Assembly: GCA_964444625.1 (NCBI GenBank)
Contig: CAYUHZ010000001.1
Coordinates: 1-52,119 of the forward strand
Direction: 5' to 3'
DNA from: an uncultured Gammaproteobacteria bacterium
GTDB lineage: Bacteria > Patescibacteriota > Patescibacteriia > Patescibacteriales > GWC2-42-12
Length of the DNA stretch: 52,119 nt
Shown here: positions 28,516 through 36,909 of the stretch, in pieces
Position numbering within the stretch: the stretch's first letter is position 1
How the letters are laid out: every line of letters begins with the position of its first letter
Notes under the pieces: generated by a model
What the model was told of the DNA's origin: nothing
The model's input: the letters and a program-made list of their open reading frames with translations, nothing else
The model's database searches: none
Program-made: the position numbers and the translations under genes

Positions 28516-28971
28516 ATGACAGAGCAAATAATATCCCAGGAAGGATATGAAAAATTAAAAAAAGAATTAGATCATTTAACAAAAGTTAAACGCCTAGAAA
28601 TCGCTCAGAGGATAGAAAGAGCTAAGGAGCTTGGAGATTTAAGCGAAAACGCCGAGTACGCTGAAGCCAAAGAAGAGCAGGCTTTCAATGAAGGCAGAGT
28701 TATAGAAATAGCTTCAATCCTAAAAAACGTAACAATCGTCGGCCAAACAAACGGTCATGAAATAGGCATGGGTTCTACGATTATGGTAAAAAGCAACGGT
28801 GTTGAAAAAACTTATACCATAGTCAGCTTCAACGAAGCTGACCCAGGTTCCGGCAAAATATCGAACGAATCTCCATTGGGGCTAGCTTTTCTTGGTAGGA
28901 AAAAGGGGGATAAGGTAAATATTAACACCCCCAGAGGCATAGTGGAATACCAAATACTAAAAATTGAATAA
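28516..28971 (+). CDS. greA: Transcription elongation factor GreA
   Basis: GYEKLKKELDHL...RLEIAQRIERAKELGDLSENAEYAEAKEEQ is a canonical GreA coiled coil. Confidence 0.9.
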   Translation: MTEQIISQEGYEKLKKELDHLTKVKRLEIAQRIERAKELGDLSENAEYAEAKEEQAFNEGRVIEIASILKNVTIVGQTNGHEIGMGSTIMVKSNGVEKTYTIVSFNEADPGSGKISNESPLGLAFLGRKKGDKVNINTPRGIVEYQILKIE

Positions 28972-28988
28972 TATACAATTTAAAGGAT

Positions 28989-29020
28989 AAAAGGACGGTT
29001 ATACGACCGCCTTTTTATTT
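28989..29020 (+). terminator. Intrinsic terminator after greA
   Basis: Stem aaaagg(a)cggt / accgcctttt (10 bp with one bulge), a 6-nt loop, then a T-rich tract. Confidence 0.55.
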
Positions 29021-29040
29021 TTATTTTATTGTTTATATCT

Positions 29041-29069
29041 TTGACTTTATAGCCAAAATAGGCTAAAAT
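29041..29069 (+). promoter_or_regulatory. Candidate sigma-70-type promoter for lysS
   Basis: TTGACT, a 17-nt spacer, then TAAAAT. It lies 38 nt upstream of the lysS ATG. Confidence 0.4.
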
Positions 29070-29106
29070 AATACCAGATTACCTAATATTAAAATTTGAC
29101 TAAATA

Positions 29107-30567
29107 ATGGAAAAAAATACTAACGAACGCCAAGAGCGTCTAAAAAAACTATCACTGCTAAGGGCAAAGAGGATTGACCCCTATCCTGCCAGCACATCGC
29201 GCGATTATTTGATTGGAAAAGTAATATCTGATTTTGAAAGTCTGGTTGACGCCAAAGAAATAACAATCGCTGGCAGGTTGCGCAATCTCCGTTCTCATGG
29301 AAATCTTTATTTTGTTGATTTGCATGACGATACGGGAAAAATTCAACTTGCCCTTTCCAAAAAAACGGTTGGCGCTGAGGATTTTAAAACATTTGCTGAT
29401 TTAATTGATGTCGGCGATTTTATTGAGGCTAATGGAACTTGCTTTGTTACTCATCGCGGAGAAAAAAGTTTAAATGTTAAAACTTGGAAAATATTGGCCA
29501 AAGCTATTAAACCATTGCCTGAGAAATGGCATGGACTCCAAGACGAAGAAGAAAAATTAAGAAAAAGATACTTAGATATATTATTCAACCAAGAGGTAAA
29601 AGAAATGTTTATCAAGCGAGCTAAGTTCTGGCAAGCTATTCGCGAATTTCTTATCGAACAAGGATTTCTCGAGGTTGAAACTCCGATTTTAGAAAATTCT
29701 ACCGGCGGAGCTGATGCCAAACCATTTATCACCCATCATAACGCGCTTAATCTTGATGTTTTTTTACGAATTTCCATGGGCGAATTATGGCAAAAAAGGC
29801 TGATGGTCGCAGGCTTTGAAAAAACTTTTGAAATCGGTCGGCAATTCAGAAACGAAGGCATGGATTCGGAACACTTGCAAGACTATACGCAAATGGAGTT
29901 TTATTGGGCTTACGCTGATTACCGCTCGGGGATGAAATTGGTTCAAGATTTGTTCAAGCACGTAGCTCAAGAAACTTTTGGCACGATGCAATTTAACATC
30001 GGAAAATTCCAAGTTGATCTTGATCAAGACTGGAAAGAATATGATTATTGCGCCACTATCAAACAATATACCGGAGCTGATATTCTTTCAGCAGACCTAT
30101 CAACTATTGAGGCCAAACTGCGAGATCTGAAAATTGAATATGATAGCAAGGGATTCAATCTAACGCGAGGTATTGATAATCTTTGGAAATATTGCCGCAA
30201 GCAGTTATCGGGACCGGGATTTTTGATTAACGAGCCTTTGGCCGTATCTCCTTTGGCTAAAAAATTGACGACCAACCAAAGCTTAACACAACGATTTCAT
30301 GTTATCATTGCCGGATCAGAATTAGGCAACGGTTATAGCGAACTTAACGACCCGGAAGACCAAGCCAACCGTTTTCAACAACAAGCCGAACTTCGTGAAG
30401 CGGGCGACGAGGAAGCTCAAATGAACGACCGAGATTTCGTGGAGGCATTAGAATACGGCATGCCGCCGGTCTGCGGTTTCGGGATGTCAGAACGAGTATT
30501 TGCTTTTTTGATGAATAAAAACATCAGAGAATGCCAAATATTCCCCCTAATGAAACCAAAAAATTAA
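29107..30567 (+). CDS. lysS: Lysine--tRNA ligase (class II)
   Basis: OB-fold N-terminus and class II motifs ([22 protein letters not shown]). Confidence 0.95.
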   Translation: MEKNTNERQERLKKLSLLRAKRIDPYPASTSRDYLIGKVISDFESLVDAKEITIAGRLRNLRSHGNLYFVDLHDDTGKIQLALSKKTVGAEDFKTFADLIDVGDFIEANGTCFVTHRGEKSLNVKTWKILAKAIKPLPEKWHGLQDEEEKLRKRYLDILFNQEVKEMFIKRAKFWQAIREFLIEQGFLEVETPILENSTGGADAKPFITHHNALNLDVFLRISMGELWQKRLMVAGFEKTFEIGRQFRNEGMDSEHLQDYTQMEFYWAYADYRSGMKLVQDLFKHVAQETFGTMQFNIGKFQVDLDQDWKEYDYCATIKQYTGADILSADLSTIEAKLRDLKIEYDSKGFNLTRGIDNLWKYCRKQLSGPGFLINEPLAVSPLAKKLTTNQSLTQRFHVIIAGSELGNGYSELNDPEDQANRFQQQAELREAGDEEAQMNDRDFVEALEYGMPPVCGFGMSERVFAFLMNKNIRECQIFPLMKPKN

Positions 30568-30568
30568 T

Positions 30569-30985
30569 ATGAAAAAAGTAGTGGTTTTTGGCACATTTGA
30601 TTTGCTGCACCAAGGTCATAAATTTTTTTTAACTCAAGCAAAAAAATATGGTGATTGCTTGGTGGTGATGGTCGCTCGCGACCGAACAGTAAAATTGCTA
30701 TAAGCCAAGTTGCCAACGATCAAAGAATATGAACGAGTAAAACAAGTCAAAGACACTCTAATTCCTAACGATGTTGTTCTCGGTAATTTGTCTAACAAGT
30801 TTTTCGTTATCGCAAAATTTCGTCCAGATATAATCTGTCTCGGCTATGATCGGTATTTTTTTACTCACAAACTCGAAAGAAAATTGAAAGAATTAGAACT
30901 GGCAGACACTAAGATTATTCGACTTAAGCCTTACAAGCCCGCAATTTATAAATCATCAATATTAAAGGCTAATATAATACAATAA
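30569..30985 (+). pseudogene. Cytidylyltransferase-like nucleotidyltransferase (HxGH superfamily, RibL/TagD-like) interrupted by one in-frame TAA
   Basis: Hand translation from the ATG at 30569 gives [20 protein letters not shown]...[10 protein letters not shown], then TAA at 30701-30703. The same frame continues AKLPTIKEYERVKQV... to 30985. Confidence 0.7.
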
Positions 30986-30986
30986 T

Positions 30987-32264
30987 ATGATAGATTTAAA
31001 ATTTATCCGCAATAATAAAGAACTAGTTCAGCAAAATTGTCTTAATCGTCTGGCAAAAATCAATATTGATGAAGTTCTTGAACTTGACCAAAAAATCAGA
31101 GATCAAGAAACAAAAATTGAAAAGTTAAGAGCCGAACGCAACGCACAATCCAGGACCAAACCCTCGCCGGATGTGATACAATCGATGAAAAGACTAGGTG
31201 ATGAAATATTAAAACTCGAAGCTGATTTAATAGTTCCTGCAAGTGAGTTAAAATGTTTATTGCTGGCGATTCCGAATTTAACTCATCCTGAAGTTAAAAT
31301 CAGCCAAGACGAAAACGATAATCCGGTAATCTTTACCTATGGACAACCGACTAAATTTGACTTTCCACCGCTTGACCATGTGGAAATCGCCGAAAAATTG
31401 GATTTAATTGACTTCGACCGAGCGACCAAGGTAAGCGGAGCAAAATTTTACTATTTTAAAAATGATCTAGCATTATTGGAATTTGCCCTGATCCAATACG
31501 CCTTGGCTATAGCAGTCAAGCGAGGATTTGTGCCGATGACTACTCCTGATTTGGCACAAAAAAAAATATTAGAAGGGCTGGGATTCAATCCCAGAGGCGA
31601 AGCTACCCAGATCTATAACCTGGAAAATACCGACTTGAGCCTGATCGGTACCGCTGAAATTACATTAGGCGGGTATCATTCAGACGAAATATTAGCAGAA
31701 GAAGAGTTGCCTAAAAAATACGTAGCAGTATCTCATTGTTTTCGCACTGAAGCAGGTGCTTACTCCAAATTTTCCAAAGGAATCTTCCGAGTCCATCAGT
31801 TTACCAAAATAGAAATGTTTCAATACACCACACCGGAAAATTCCGAACAAGCGCACCAAGAAATTTTAGAAATTGAAAAAGAAATTTTTATGGGACTGAA
31901 TATTCCATTCAGAGTAGTCGATCATTGTACGGCAGATCTGGGCTGTCCCTCTTATCGGACTTATGATCTGGAAGCCTGGATGCCAGGAAAGCCCAACAAA
32001 GAAGGTGATTTGGGCGATTGGGCTGAAATAACCTCAACTTCAAATTGCACCGATTATCAAGCTAGAGGGCTAAATATAAAATACAAAACCAAAGCGGGCA
32101 AGAAGGATTACCTCCATACCTTGAACGGTACAGCAATTGCCGTCACCAGAGCTTTAATTGCAATAATAGAAAATTTCCAGCAAGCTGGTGGTTCAATTAT
32201 AATCCCAGAAATACTAAAGAAGTATTTGCCTGAAAATACTATCTTCATAAAAAGATCCTCTTAA
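30987..32264 (+). CDS. serS: Serine--tRNA ligase
   Basis: MIDLKFIRNN, an N-terminal coiled-coil arm, and class II motifs (FRTEAG, TLNGTAIA). Confidence 0.95.
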   Translation: MIDLKFIRNNKELVQQNCLNRLAKINIDEVLELDQKIRDQETKIEKLRAERNAQSRTKPSPDVIQSMKRLGDEILKLEADLIVPASELKCLLLAIPNLTHPEVKISQDENDNPVIFTYGQPTKFDFPPLDHVEIAEKLDLIDFDRATKVSGAKFYYFKNDLALLEFALIQYALAIAVKRGFVPMTTPDLAQKKILEGLGFNPRGEATQIYNLENTDLSLIGTAEITLGGYHSDEILAEEELPKKYVAVSHCFRTEAGAYSKFSKGIFRVHQFTKIEMFQYTTPENSEQAHQEILEIEKEIFMGLNIPFRVVDHCTADLGCPSYRTYDLEAWMPGKPNKEGDLGDWAEITSTSNCTDYQARGLNIKYKTKAGKKDYLHTLNGTAIAVTRALIAIIENFQQAGGSIIIPEILKKYLPENTIFIKRSS

Positions 32265-32274
32265 ATACCATAAA

Positions 32275-33432
32275 ATGTTTGAACGTACAAGAAATCTACA
32301 ACTTAGCCCAATCAAACAAATTGAGCTTAGGGCTGCTTGTTATACCAATGTTATTTCATTAGCTCAAGGAATTCCCAGTTTTGATACTCCCAATTGTATT
32401 AAAAAAAGGGCAGAAAACGCTCTGAAAAGGGGAGTCGTGGCAAAATACTCTCTTTCACCCGGCTTGCCAGAATTAAGAGAATTGATAGAGCTTTCACTTG
32501 CGAAAGAAAACATCTATTATGATTGGCGCCAGGAGATTATTGTCACTGCCGGATCGATTGAAGCTATTACCGCTGGTCTGCTGACGATTACCGTTCCGGG
32601 AGACGAGGTGATTATCCCTAATCCAACTTATGCCAGCTATCAGGAAATAATTAAATTAGCTGGTTGTCAGCCGATTTTTTGCCCTTTAAACGAAAACGAT
32701 AATTGGTCATTTAATCTGGAAAGTCTATCAAATAAAATCAGCTCAAAAACCAAGGCAATTATTATCGCCAACCCCAACAACCCGACCGGTACTGTCTTTT
32801 CTCGCGAGCAGCTAATCAAACTTGGTGATCTGGCGATAACCCACAATTTTATCATTATAACCGATGAAGTTTACAAAGATTTTATTTTTGGCCAGAATGT
32901 TTTCTTTTCTTTAGCTGAAATGCCCAAATATCGACAAAACTTAATTCGTGTTTTTTCTTTTTCCAAAGCCTATGCTATGACCGGATGGCGGGTCGGCTAC
33001 CTTGCCAGCGATCAAGCCATCATTTCAGAAATCTTAAAAATTCATGATGCTCTGGTTACTTGCGCGCCTGTTATATCGCAATATGCTGCCATGGGAGCTT
33101 TGGAAATGGGCGATGATGAAATAGTTAAATTTAAAAAAATTTATCAAAAAAGGAAACAGTTAATTTGCCAACTGCTTGATCAACAAAAAGATTTTTTTAC
33201 CTATTCCGAACCTCAGGGAGCTTATTTTGTTTTTCCCAGATTCCTCAAGCCAAATCTATCTTCATGGGATTTATGCCTTGATTTGATAGAAAAAATACAA
33301 GTAGCTCTGGTCCACGGATCCGCTTTCGGACCCAATGGCGAAGCTCATTTAAGGTTTAATTTCGGTCGGTCGGAAAAAGACATTACTGAAGCTATGGCCA
33401 GAATGAAAATATATTTTCAAAAAAACTCATGA
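32275..33432 (+). CDS. Class I/II pyridoxal-phosphate-dependent aminotransferase (aspartate aminotransferase-like)
   Basis: Blocks NPNNPTG and the PLP-lysine context SFSKAYAMTGWRVGY. Confidence 0.85.
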   Translation: MFERTRNLQLSPIKQIELRAACYTNVISLAQGIPSFDTPNCIKKRAENALKRGVVAKYSLSPGLPELRELIELSLAKENIYYDWRQEIIVTAGSIEAITAGLLTITVPGDEVIIPNPTYASYQEIIKLAGCQPIFCPLNENDNWSFNLESLSNKISSKTKAIIIANPNNPTGTVFSREQLIKLGDLAITHNFIIITDEVYKDFIFGQNVFFSLAEMPKYRQNLIRVFSFSKAYAMTGWRVGYLASDQAIISEILKIHDALVTCAPVISQYAAMGALEMGDDEIVKFKKIYQKRKQLICQLLDQQKDFFTYSEPQGAYFVFPRFLKPNLSSWDLCLDLIEKIQVALVHGSAFGPNGEAHLRFNFGRSEKDITEAMARMKIYFQKNS

Positions 33433-34217
33433 AGAAAGTAGTAAAATTTTTCGTAAAACATTACTTGCGCTTACTAAGTAAAGCTCTTATTTTTATCCAT
33501 CGTCCATTTGTTATCGCTATTGCCGGCAGTACCAATAAAACATTTGCCAAGGAAGCCATCAACCGTAATTTGCACTCCTTGAAATATGTAGTTCGTTCAA
33601 ACCCCAAGAGTTTTAATACTGAATTCGGCTTGCCTTTAGCGATTTTAAACCTGCCCAGCGGTTACGGTTCCATATCGGCTTGGATAAAAATCATGTTTGA
33701 GGCAACCGGCAGATTGTTTAATACAAATTTCCCCAAATTGCTAGTGTTAGAGTTTGGAGTGTCTTTTGCCGGTGATATGAAATACTTACTTTCGATTGTC
33801 AGGCCAAATATAGCGATTATAACTGAAATTACTCAGAGATACCTGGAAAGTTTTAATGATATCGATGAATTAATAGACGAATATCGTCTATTATGCCGTA
33901 CTGTTAATAAAAAGAACTATTTATTGCTAAACTACGATAATATTTGGATAAGGGAATTGTCCGCTGATTCACCATCTCAAGTCTTATATTTCGGGTTAGA
34001 CAAAACATATCAAGGTTTAACCAACAACTGGTGGCAAGGAGAGATTAATGAAAAATCCAACAACGGACAAAAAATTTCCATAAAACACGCCGGCAAGACT
34101 CAATTGATATCCATTAAGGGGCACGGAGCGCACCATGTTTACGCACAAACCATATCTTCTATAGTCGTTGATATTGTAATTAATAATTTTTCCAACTTAA
34201 ACGAATCGCAATCATGA
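33429..34217 (+). CDS. Truncated Mur ligase-like protein (MurF-like central domain only, degenerate P-loop)
   Basis: 262 aa. VIAIAGSTNKT stands in place of the GSNGKT P-loop. LVLEFGVSFAGDMKYLLSIVRPNIAIITEI resembles the MurF block EMG...I.PD.AVITNI. There is no C-terminal domain. Confidence 0.45.
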   Translation: MKKVVKFFVKHYLRLLSKALIFIHRPFVIAIAGSTNKTFAKEAINRNLHSLKYVVRSNPKSFNTEFGLPLAILNLPSGYGSISAWIKIMFEATGRLFNTNFPKLLVLEFGVSFAGDMKYLLSIVRPNIAIITEITQRYLESFNDIDELIDEYRLLCRTVNKKNYLLLNYDNIWIRELSADSPSQVLYFGLDKTYQGLTNNWWQGEINEKSNNGQKISIKHAGKTQLISIKGHGAHHVYAQTISSIVVDIVINNFSNLNESQS

Positions 34218-35092
34218 TAAGCTCAACGAAAAAATATAAAATAAACAGCTCCAAAAGCTCGAGATTTAATTACTATCGCAAGGATTACCATAACCCGCTT
34301 TTTCCACGTAATAAAAAAAATATATCTGGTTTTTCAGCAAATCTCAATTGGAAAATTAAGCTCATTATATTTATCTTAATCATATTTTCTGGCACAACCT
34401 TTTACTGGCTGTTCTTTTCTGATTATTTTGAAATAAAATACATAAATATTAGCGGAACAAAAAAAATTAGCTTACAAGAAATAAACGATTTAGCTTGGAA
34501 TCAAACCCAAATAAATTTCTTGCTGTTGCTTCCGCAAAAAAATCTAATATCTTTCAATAAAAATCAGTTAAACCAAAAGATTCTTTCCGTTTATAATCTA
34601 AAAAATTTGGAAATTAAAAAAAAACTTCCCGGTACAATAAATGTCAAGTTAACAGAGAAAGATAATTTTGCTGTTTGGCAAGAGGGGAGTAACTTATTTT
34701 TCATTGACAGTGAAGGAGCGATAATCGACACTCTGCTTCCAAACGAGCTCGCCAGCACCACCTATCCGCTTATTTTCAATCGAGGCGATGCCAGGATTAA
34801 AGACAGGCAAGTAGAGCTTGGCAAAGAGGCTCTATATTACATCAATACTCTTAACAATCAATTTAAAATTTATGCCGGTAAAATGGATATCAATAGGTTC
34901 GTGATTGATAATGAAGAAGGCGTAGTAAAAATTAATTTAAAACAAGGGCCAGAATTGATATTCAATACAAAAACTGAAATCGAACGTCAATTAACCAGAT
35001 TAAACGCCTTAATCAGCGAAACGTTCCACGACGATATAAGCAAGATTCTGTATATAAATTTAAAATACGGCGATAAGATTTACTATCAATAA
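34214..35092 (+). CDS. FtsQ-like cell division protein (TM plus POTRA)
   Basis: One TM helix is followed by the POTRA-like block FEIKYINISGTKKISLQEI. Confidence 0.55.
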   Translation: MISSTKKYKINSSKSSRFNYYRKDYHNPLFPRNKKNISGFSANLNWKIKLIIFILIIFSGTTFYWLFFSDYFEIKYINISGTKKISLQEINDLAWNQTQINFLLLLPQKNLISFNKNQLNQKILSVYNLKNLEIKKKLPGTINVKLTEKDNFAVWQEGSNLFFIDSEGAIIDTLLPNELASTTYPLIFNRGDARIKDRQVELGKEALYYINTLNNQFKIYAGKMDINRFVIDNEEGVVKINLKQGPELIFNTKTEIERQLTRLNALISETFHDDISKILYINLKYGDKIYYQ

Positions 35093-35303
35093 TATTTTAC
35101 GACGCATAACGCTTTTTCAACTATCTGTATTAAAGCAATTACCTTAAAGAATAAGTAGGGCTAATCAACAGACATACTAGGCACGGAATAAGCGCTGTTG
35201 ACGATGAGTTTGAGACTTAAACAGCAATTCAGCGATTATATTACAAACCTGTTTGAAATATCTTATCAAAAAGCATATAATTAAGATATAAAATAAAAAA
35301 CAT

Positions 35304-35462
35304 ATGGCAACTGACATGGAGAAAACATTCAAGGCAGTATTTGTTTTTGGAATAATAATTTTTTGTTTATTAATTATTGGATTATTTTTAATAGTGTTAA
35401 AGATAATCCTGATCTTTAATCAAGAAATCAATATCATGGGAATGATAATAACCAACAACTGA
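35304..35462 (+). CDS. Possible 52-aa small membrane protein
   Basis: Hand-translated: MATDMEKTFKAVFVFGIIIFCLLIIGLFLIVLKIILIFNQEINIMGMIITNN. There is no clear Shine-Dalgarno, so it could be a chance ORF in AT-rich DNA. Confidence 0.2.
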   Translation: MATDMEKTFKAVFVFGIIIFCLLIIGLFLIVLKIILIFNQEINIMGMIITNN

Positions 35463-35483
35463 AAGGATTTGACGATATATTAA

Positions 35484-35511
35484 GTGTCGTATAAGTTATA
35501 TTGTGCGACAC
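35484..35511. other. dif-like 28-bp site (11-bp arm, 6-bp spacer, 11-bp arm)
   Basis: The sequence is GTGTCGTATAA-GTTATA-TTGTGCGACAC. The arms match as inverted repeats at 9 of 11 positions. The inner ATAA/TT.TG resembles the conserved inner part of Xer sites. It lies in the gap where gene orientation converges. Confidence 0.3.
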
Positions 35512-35552
35512 ATAAGCCGTTCTATTAGCCTCCTTCTCAATTAGCTGATAAT

Positions 35553-35578
35553 AAAAAAACTCTTTTCGGAGTTTTTTT
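35553..35578. terminator. Weak A/T-flanked hairpin downstream of the M23 peptidase gene
   Basis: The sequence is aaaaaaactc-ttttcg-gagttttttt. The GC core is only 3 bp, so support is weak. Confidence 0.3.
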
Positions 35579-35602
35579 ATTATATGATTTGCTATCTTAT
35601 TA

Positions 35603-36832
35603 TTAAGGCAAATAATTCATCGGATCAACGGGAATGCCATTCAATCTAACTTCAAAATGTAAATGGGGTCCGGTGGTTAAACCGCCAGCTCCGGGGGTGC
35701 CTGGCAATCCTCCGCTTGCACCGATAACTTGGCCTTGCATTACATATTCGTCCTCAGCTACATTAATTCTAGAAACATGACCATACACTGTTGCCAGTCC
35801 GTCACCGTGAATAATCATAATATAACTATAACCCCTGCCTCCGTCCTTGGCTCGCGCCACATAGCCAGAAGCAGCTGACCTGATGGGCGATCCCTGGGCG
35901 GCTCTAATATCAATTCCCGGGTGCTCGAAGATATAACGATAAGGATAATCGGGATCATGAAAAGTGGAGGTAACTACATTTTTAGAAACCGGCCAAATAA
36001 GCCCCGAATCATTGAATTGCAGGGTCTGGCCATGCATCTGCGCGATCCTTTCTCTTACCGCCTTTTCCATGTTAAATATTTCTGCCGAGGCCTGTTCTTG
36101 TTCTTGTTTAGCCGCTTGCAATAACCGCTGGTATTCCCGTTCTGAATCTTTGGTTTGGACCAATAAATAAGACTTGTTATCACTCTCTTCTTTCAAAGTG
36201 GTTTTCTTATTCTCCATTTCTTTTTGCAATAATTCCAATTTATTTTTTTGCTCGGACAGCGAGATGTTTTCTTTTTCCAAGTTTTCTTTCAGCGCTTTCA
36301 TATCATCCAAGCTCTTGCCTACCTCTTTATTAACTTGGCTCAAATGCTTCAATTGATCAACATATTCGGCAAATGAATTATTCAAAAGAAAAATTTCAAT
36401 TTCTGACCGGCCATCCTGCTTATAAATCAAACGAAGAATATTGGCGATATGTTCTTTTTCTCTCTCAATCTGCTGTTCTTTGCTTTTTATTTCCAAATTA
36501 ACCTTGGATACCTCTAAATCAGTACGATCAATGTCGATCTTAACCGTTTCTATATCCAACTCCGCTTTGGCGATACGATTGTCCAGAATCGCCAACTGAT
36601 TATTCAAACTAGCCTTTTCCTGTTGTTTGGACTTGATGGAACGGGAATAAACCTCCTGTTGTTCTTGAATTTTTTTCAGTTGATCGCGCCGCTCTTGAAT
36701 GCGGGCGTTTATTTCTTTAATTTCAGCGTTATCTTCTTCGCTATATTGAGCCATAACAAAAAAATTAGAAGACCCCCACGCCATTCCTGAAAATAATATT
36801 AAAACGATTAAACGGTATAGTTTTGTAACCAT
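35603..36832 (-). CDS. M23 family metallopeptidase with an N-terminal coiled coil (EnvC-like architecture, active-site residues retained)
   Basis: Signal/TM N-terminus, a long coiled coil, and a LytM domain with HPGIDI and GPHLHFEV motifs. Confidence 0.85.
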   Translation of the reverse strand: MVTKLYRLIVLILFSGMAWGSSNFFVMAQYSEEDNAEIKEINARIQERRDQLKKIQEQQEVYSRSIKSKQQEKASLNNQLAILDNRIAKAELDIETVKIDIDRTDLEVSKVNLEIKSKEQQIEREKEHIANILRLIYKQDGRSEIEIFLLNNSFAEYVDQLKHLSQVNKEVGKSLDDMKALKENLEKENISLSEQKNKLELLQKEMENKKTTLKEESDNKSYLLVQTKDSEREYQRLLQAAKQEQEQASAEIFNMEKAVRERIAQMHGQTLQFNDSGLIWPVSKNVVTSTFHDPDYPYRYIFEHPGIDIRAAQGSPIRSAASGYVARAKDGGRGYSYIMIIHGDGLATVYGHVSRINVAEDEYVMQGQVIGASGGLPGTPGAGGLTTGPHLHFEVRLNGIPVDPMNYLP

Positions 36833-36856
36833 ACTTTAATTATAACATATTTGCCA

Positions 36857-36886
36857 TAAAATAAAACACCTTGAATCATTAAGGTG
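36857..36886 (-). terminator. Candidate intrinsic terminator after gltX
   Basis: On the minus strand, the stem cacctt/aaggtg has an 8-nt loop and is followed by ttttatttta. Confidence 0.4.
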
Positions 36887-36909
36887 GTCTTACTCCTGAT
36901 TAAGGTGTT

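Noticed and set aside
33430-34217. Possibility of an alternative genetic code (UGA recoding, as in some CPR lineages).
   Set aside because: TGA ends the aminotransferase (33430-33432) and the Mur-like gene (34215-34217) in classic ATGA overlaps. TAG and TAA also terminate well-conserved genes at their expected lengths. The standard code fits.
35093-35303. A possible structured ncRNA in the 210-nt gap after ftsQ.
   Set aside because: I found only two weak 6-7-bp stems with large loops (caacag/ctgttg, aaacag/ctgttt). There is no recognisable SRP, tmRNA, RNase P, 6S or tRNA signature.
35000-36900. The apparent composition change around 35 kb as evidence of an assembly chimera.
   Set aside because: By eye, housekeeping genes on both sides (lysS and serS versus gltX) have similar intermediate GC. 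The low-GC impression on the left comes from membrane and glycosyltransferase genes. A strand-bias switch (terminus) is a simpler reading, but this needs computation.
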